DNA of 64,000 nucleotides from the human T2T-CHM13v2.0 reference genome, Homo sapiens, in the NCBI RefSeq assembly GCF_009914755.1, contig NC_060938.1, one strand, 5' to 3'. The notes beneath the pieces are model-generated. The model ran no database searches. It was not told the DNA's origin and worked only from the letters and a program-made list of their open reading frames with translations. How positions within the stretch are numbered: the first letter of the stretch is position 1; each line of letters begins with the position of its first letter. Positions 55,331 to 64,000 of the stretch are shown one piece after another. The position numbers and the translations under genes were made by a program.

Positions 55331-57821
55331 TAGAGCCACCCTTCACTCAAGGATGGAAGGTTCTCAGAATTTGCCAAATAACATTTCTATATATACCCCC
55401 ATTGACTAGGACTACTTATTGGCTGCAAGGAGACTTAGAATATTAGAAATATTAGAATAAATATTTCTTGTATCCCTGTATATAACAGTATCTCCCTCTT
55501 TCCCTCACAGTAGAGGAATCAATATTGATGAACTTGTCTAGATCACCTATCCTATGCCAGATTTTCTACATGATACTTGGTTAATATTTAAATAACTCAT
55601 CTATTAAAATGGTTTAGATATAAAATAAAATTTTATTGTCAAAAAATGTCCTTTATCTATTCCTAACAAGTTCCTCTATGGAAATGATTGACCCATATTT
55701 CCAAGATAAAGATAGATAAGGATATAAATCATACCAACATTTAGGTAAAATTTCAGCACTCATGAAATTAATGACTAAAAATACTCTGTACGATCTGTGC
55801 AAATATTGTCTTTGTCATGTAAAACCTAATGTATTTTGTGATTTTTGAAGAATGCATGCTCTTTTTCTTGGTGTGTTTATTGGTTTGAACTAAATACTGC
55901 TTAATGGCAGAGTTCAAGGTCTTCGCCACCATTTTTCCTTATTGCTGCTATATAGGAGAGCCTGTAGGTATCTTATAATATGCCACTTTTATGAACTTCC
56001 AAGTCTTTTTAAATAATTTTTCAGAAAGGGGGACAAATTTTACAATTCTGTCCCCCTTCCCCTCTCCTCTCTTCTCCTTTTCCTTCTTTCTTCTTCTTCT
56101 CCTCTTTTATAGATAGGCAACCAAGATACAATTCTGAAGATTTGGACTCTCTTTTTTCAGTATATTTAAATCTAATTCCTTTTCTTTTCTCATTGCATTG
56201 TAATTAATTTTTTTATTCACATTAAATCAGAGAGGTACTAGCTGATATTATTGCCTAGTGCTAATTTTAGTGAGACCAAGTGAAGGGTTTAACTCTGAAG
56301 TTTAAAACTTACCATCAACAATATGTCTCTGAAATTATGTTTGAAATCTGAAGATTTACAGACAGAGCCTACGAGGTCTCTGGAATTAGTATACTGGTAT
56401 GAATAGCAGGAAGCAGCTGTCCAGGATCAAAAAGCAGAAAATGTTGGTCAGAGACAAGTGCAAGATTCACTACATTAGTGTGAAGGAAAAGAGACTAAAC
56501 ACTAGAGAAGGACAAGACCAACCATATTTTCAGGAGAAAAATGTGATGTGACTGGTTGCTATTGAATAATGATCAGTAACACTAAAACTATAGACCAGTT
56601 AGAAGAGATTATTACTTGTCATTTTTTCTCAATGTGTTTATATTCAAGATGTTAATACATAATTAATAAAAATTCTTTGCCCCATCCTCTATTGTTGTAT
56701 TGTAAATAATCCAAATTTAATAATAAAAAATGCATTCTTTGAGAAGTTCAGAAACCAATAAGACATTGTAGTGACCATTCTGGTGAATTTATTTACAAAG
56801 TGAAATAATATGTTTACAGAATTATTTGTCAGCAAAAGTGCCGCTGTGATTACTGCAATAAATAGGCCTACGAGAACATCAGATAGAAAAGTCTATTTCC
56901 TTGTATACTATTCTAAAAAAAAGTATATTATCTTATTACTATGTTTTCAAAATGTTTATACTGTCATGTTCATGAGAACATTAAATATTTTGTACCTTAA
57001 AAATAACGTGATTTGCAAGCAGTGTCAGAGATGTTGATCATTCATCCATACACATAATTTCCATATTTACAATTCACTATATGCAATTCTGTATTTTTAT
57101 TTTTGCAGATAACCATGGATAGTTAAGAGTAAACAGATTTTCTTCCTTCCAAATGACTGTGGTGTTAACATACTTGAAAGTGTAACTACCAATATAGTAT
57201 TTTCTCTTCAACATAGACTTTCAGCAAATCTGTCAACCTGAAATGCCTATTTCAATTCTGAGTGCTATTTTAATTCTTCCATAATTGGATAAAAAATTAC
57301 ACTTTTATTTCTGTGTAACCTAGTAAATGTCTATCTTAGGTAACAAAGTGAATTATGGTAATGTGCTTTTTATAGCTGTTCCTAGTGATCCGCTCACAAT
57401 TTTCTGGGAAGCTTATATCACTGCTCCACATGCATGTTATAAGGAAGGTGATGTCTCTATAACTTTTATGAGTTCTCTCATTTGTTGATCTGTCTCTTAG
57501 GAAAGCAGTCTGGCATCTTTTCTTTCTTAACATCTGTCTTTATTTATTCAAATTATTTAGGATTTAATTTCCACTTCTATGTGTTTTTTTAACCTATTCT
57601 AATGTTACCCAACTTTTATGACTGCATATACATACTGTTTTGAGTGTGTTATTTTTAAATGTTGAGGAATGGAAAGCATACTAAAGATGTTATTTATTCA
57701 AAAGAATGAAATTGGCAAGAGACATTCGACTCTCCCCCAACATGATTTTCTGATGTCCACAACAGTTTTGAGGAGCCAGACAGTTCCACAGGGGCTTTCA
57801 TGCTATTCGTTTTGATTCTTT

Positions 57822-59202
<1,381 letters not shown>

Positions 59203-59724
59203 TGATTATTTTGGAAAAACTGTTTTTTCCCTACAAGGCTTTGATAGGCTGTAGCCTCACTAAATTACTAATATGAAAATGAAAATATTAGTAATTTTAA
59301 TGCAAATTCCAAACACATTTGTGGAGATAAAATTTAGAAAATAGCATAGATGTGAAATGTTCTAGATAGAATTGAATTGGAAATCCTTTTTAAATATACA
59401 TCACCACCTTAATGACCATAGCTGAGTAATGGGAAGGAATATACATGTATTATAATATTTCAGCATATGAGTGCCTGTCAAATTTTCCTTTTTTCCAGCT
59501 GAGCCTTCTGATACATTAAGCATGTGTTTTCTTAGATTCTGTCTTGAGATGAATGAAAAGTGACTTCTCCATCCTAGGTTCATAAAACAGGTAGATATCT
59601 TTAAATAAGTTGTACTTGCTCTATCATGACACAATTTCCAAATGTGTTAAACTTGCTCTCCATTTATTAACAATGCTTAGATTAAGCTAATTCTGTAAGT
59701 TCTTACTTCAAAGCATAGCTTTTA

Positions 59725-60710
59725 AGAAAATATGCATCGGGCAAATAAGTATATGAAAAGACGATTGACATGTCATCAGGGAATTGCAAATTTAAAAAAA
59801 GATACTTATTAGAATGGCCAAAATCCAAAATGCTGACAGCAGCAAATCCTAGCAAGGATGTGGAGCAAAAGGAACTCTCATTTATTTATTTTTTTTTTTG
59901 AGGGACTGTGAAATGGTACAGACACTTTGAAAGATAGCTTGACAGTTTCATACAAAACTAAACATACTTTTACCATATAATCCAGCAATTGTGTTCCTAG
60001 GTATTGATACAAATGAGTTGAAAGTGTATGTCCACATAAAAACTAGCACATGAACATTTATAACAACTTTGTATGTAATTGCCAAAATATGGATGCAGCC
60101 AACATATCCCTCAATAGCTGAATAGATAAATAAACTGTGGTACTTCCAGACAATAGAATATTCTTAGAGCTGAAAACAAATGAGTTATCAAGATTTGAAA
60201 AGTCATGGAGGAAACAGAAATGCATATTGTTAAATAAAAGAGGCCAATCTGCAAAAGCTATGCACTATATGATTCCAATTTTATGGTATCTTGGATAAAG
60301 CAAAACTATAGAAACAATAAAAAGATTTGTGGTTGCCAAGGGTTTCTGGGCAGATAGGGAAGAATAAACAAAGCACAGAGGATTTTTAGAGCAGTGAAAC
60401 TATTCTATATCATACAATAGTGGTTATGTGACATTATACATCTGGCAAAATCCATAGAATGTACAACACAAAGAGTGAACTCTATATGCATCCTATAGAC
60501 AATGTGTCAATATTGGCTCATCAATTGTATAATAACAGCTGTACCACACTAATCCAACAGGTTACTAATTGGGGAAACTGTGTGTGGGGATGGGGGGTGG
60601 GTGTAGAGGGCTATTGGTGAGGAAAGGTATATCAGAACTCTCTTTACTTTCTATGCAACTTATCTGTATATTTAAAAGTTTTCAAAAGATTGCCTATTAT
60701 AATAATTAAA
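59725..60710 (+). mobile_element. L1MC-type 3' fragment
   Basis: 'aaatgcatattg...gccaatctg..aaagcta...gcacagaggatttttagagcagtgaaactattct' L1MC 3'UTR. Confidence 0.8.
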
Positions 60711-61016
60711 AAATTGTTCAATAAAGGTGTTCCGCAAAATCTGATTATATCTTCAATCATTACAAGGCATTTAAAAATTATTTCCTCCATAGATAGTTGT
60801 AATTAAATTTATTATTTAATACTTTCACTTACAACTTCCAGTAGGAAAACCCCATTGATTGAGAGTGTCCAATTTCCAGTTTAATTGAAGAATAAACTTT
60901 CTCTAAACTGCTGAGTACAAGGTCTGAGATCCTTTCATCCCAGCATTCACTGTCTCCTGGGTTCAGAGGGAATATGAGAAATTTTATTACATGTATGCAA
61001 AGAGAATGCAATGAGT

Positions 61017-61192
61017 AGTGTGGTGCAGCCCTGCTTGTAGCCAAACTTTTGCCTTTCTCCCTAATTCAGTGATATCAATTGGTTGCTTGAAATTAGTCAT
61101 GGTGGAGCATTACACCATGAACATTAGCAAATGTACAAATCAGCTGTTTTCTTTATTTTGTTTTAGAAAGAGAGCTTATCAGCACAGGACTG
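61017..61192. mobile_element. MER63-like hAT-Blackjack relic
   Basis: 'ttgaaattagtcatggtggagcattacaccatgaacattagcaaatgtacaaatcag'. Confidence 0.6.
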
Positions 61193-62028
61193 GTTAATAC
61201 AATATCTCAAATTTATATCTATAAGAAATATTTTGCCCCATGTTTAAATATATTATAGAAAAAGCTTTTTCCTCAGGCAACAGAAGAGGAGCTTTGATAT
61301 CAATTTTTTTCTAAGAAAAACACCATTTTTTTCAACATCATCGTATCCTCTCCATATTCTAGAACCATAATAATAGCTTGCTTTGGAAGTTTATAAATTG
61401 TATTATTATTACAGAAATAAATCTGAAAAGCCGTAAAAGCCTACAGATAGTACTAACTTGGGATTAGCAGAAACGTCCAGAAATGATGAATTGGAATAAT
61501 GAAAGGAACTGAAAGACAAATGCCAGAGGAATTCAAGCATTTCTGCCTTAATGTAACTGTCAGAAACTATCTATGAAAGGGTTATGACAGAGAATACTAT
61601 AAATGGTTTGTTTGTTGGATGTCTCATTTACTCCATGGTTTCTAAAGCCTGTATGAAGCTTATACAACTTCAAATTGCATATTGAAGGAAATATAGCACT
61701 GGGTTGTGGAATTCCAAGTAATAAGATGAATGAAAATGGTGGTAAATACAAAGAAAAAGTATCTAGGGACTTACTGCAACAAATACGTAACTGATTATTA
61801 ATAGCAATTAATACATCCTTTTAAAACAAACAAGAAAACAACTGCACCAGGTATCAAAAGCACAAAAGTGTTTTCTGGCAAAATTAATTCCTAGCTAATA
61901 AGAATTCTTAACTAGTTCAATGTAATGAAGAGACTACAAAGTCCAGTGGAAAGGGCAACAATGCCTGAGAAAGTTGAGACAGGCTGCACATTGAAAAGAA
62001 ACTTTGAGCTGGGTCTTGGAAGATGAAG

Positions 62029-62072
62029 AGGAAGTTGATACCTAGAAAAGGAAGTTGATACCTAGAAAAGGA
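62029..62072. repeat. 20-bp perfect tandem duplication (aggaagttgatacctagaaa x2) in a probable L2 relic
   Basis: Direct reading. Confidence 0.85.
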
Positions 62073-62384
62073 GAAGACTTTTCCAGATAAAGGGGAAATA
62101 CATGTTGGGATATAAAACTATGTGAAAGGACGTAGTATACTTGACCAGAATATGAAAGAAGTTTAAGAGAAAATGTCAGGAGATAAGATGAAAGCCATAT
62201 ATATTCGTGGGCCACAGAACACCAAGATTAAGTAGCGCCAAAGTATGCTGTGGCCTTTTGCATGCTGTTGAAGCTTTATTAAGAAATGATCCTTATGTTC
62301 ATCCTTCATGAGATACCAAAGTTATGGAAAAAAAAAATCTTAAAGGGTTAATTCAATCAGCTACTCATTCAAAATACGAATTCC

Positions 62385-64000
62385 CTTTCCAATACACTTA
62401 CATAAAATATTTCCATTTGTTCCACATCTTCTCCCACACTTGATATTGTCATATTGCTAGTTTTTGTTGTTTTAATGTTGTATATATCACAGTATCTCAA
62501 TTTTTATTTTATTTTGTAATTGCCTAATGGCAGTGATAATAACATTTTTCATATGTTTATTGGCTTTAACTATTCCTATTTTAAAAGTTAGAGACATTTA
62601 CATATATATTTTAATTAACAGGCAGAAGGTCTTTATATACTTTGGATAAAGATCCTATTTGTTTTTGAACTACGAATTAAAATTTCTACTCCCAACATGT
62701 AGCTTGCTTTTTCATTCAATTTATTCTATTAATGGTGTTGTTTGATGAACTAAAGTTCCAATTTATAAATTATTTTTTCTACATCTAATGGTTTTTATAA
62801 CTTGCATAATAAATTTTGCTGACTTGAAGATCATAAAGCTATTATCCTACATTTATATTGCATTTTTTGCTTTATCTTTATGACATTATCTATGATCTGT
62901 CTGGAATTAATTTCTTGCATGCCATGTGATAAGGGTCAAAGTTATTTCTTCCACATGAATTCACTTCATGAAAACACACTCTCCCAGTAGTTCACAATGT
63001 AAATTTGTCACAAACACATATTTATGGTCTGTTGTGGACTCTACATTCTATTCCATTTATCTAGTATTCTATCATGATATGAATATTATATTGTTAATAA
63101 TGTCTATATATGTAACAATTTTGATCTGTAGTTTCAATCTCCAAAATTTATAAGTAATTTTCTGAATTATCCTGGCAATTTCTATCCATTTTGCTATACC
63201 ACCAACATTTTTATAGTGGCTTGTCAATTGTATCATACTGATACTTATTTGAAATAACCGGTACTATTTAGGTCAATTGTGAAAGAAAGTAATATATTTT
63301 CAATATTGATTCTTTCAATCTATAAATCTGATATACTTAAGCTTTTTAAATTTATCACAGTGAAGTTTTATGGACTATTTATAAAGGGCTTAAACTTCTA
63401 TACTTATTTTTAGATATGTGATAATTTATGATGTTATTACAAATGATGTCTTAAAATCACATATGCTAATTCTTTGCTGATGCTATGTGGATTTTTTTTG
63501 TAAATTAATCTTATATACAAACAAAAATTCTGGCAAAAAAACTTAATAATATTGTATCCCTTTGTACATTTTACATGTAAAATTATTTAGACTAGTGACT
63601 TAATTTTTTTTGTCTATTTAGCTAGCTAAATAATATAGTATCAAGTGGAGTAAAAGTTATGGTAAAGATCCTTCATACAATGTTCCTGATAATAAGACAA
63701 TATTTGCAGTACTTTATCATTGAATATAATACATGCTGAGTTTTTTTCTCAACTGTAATTTATTGTATTGAAGATTTCCCTATCTATTCATAGTTTGCTG
63801 AGTTTCTATCATGAATGAGTGCTTTTTTGGCTTCTACTGGAGTGATCAAATTATTTTTCATTTATTCTGTTGATGTGGTGAATTACACAGATTGATTTTT
63901 AATGTTAAAAAATCATTCCTAGAATTAACACAACTTGGTGTGGTGTATTAGCCATATGATACATTGCTAGATAAAACACACTTACATTTTGTAGAAACTG
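62385..64000 (-). mobile_element. Old L1M (L1ME-type) ORF2 remnant, running off the window
   Basis: 'tttccatttgttccacatctt...catttttcatatgtttattggc...atagtttgctgagtttctatcatgaatgagtg'. Confidence 0.7.

Overview
AT-rich primate DNA, hominid-like because it holds an AluY and L1PA2-type elements. Most of the window is interspersed repeats, and I recognise no host gene. All long ORFs are L1 ORF1/ORF2, MaLR-internal or Alu fragments. It contains two complete MaLR proviruses with 5-bp target-site duplications (TSDs), several solo LTRs, Alus, MIR/L2/hAT relics, old L1M copies and six L1PA copies. These are labelled A 14288-21702, B 17175-19831 (nested in A), C 43471-45399, D 46834-47896, E 48632-52932 and F 57822-59178. 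The most unusual signal is that these independently inserted L1PA copies share many non-consensus point variants in a patchwork: A/B 10 sites, B/F 2, A/C 3, B/C 2, D/E 4. This suggests repeated local non-allelic gene conversion, strongest across a 1.5-kb inverted repeat created by the twin-primed element B. B and F also share the same inversion breakpoint to within 1-2 nt. Two old locally templated inverted insertions (8882-9089, 37642-37934) and two candidate micro-exons (5616-5656, 6157-6198) are also visible. Subfamily names and 'consensus' states come from my recollection of the consensus sequences and need RepeatMasker/Dfam confirmation. Boundaries of old repeats are approximate.
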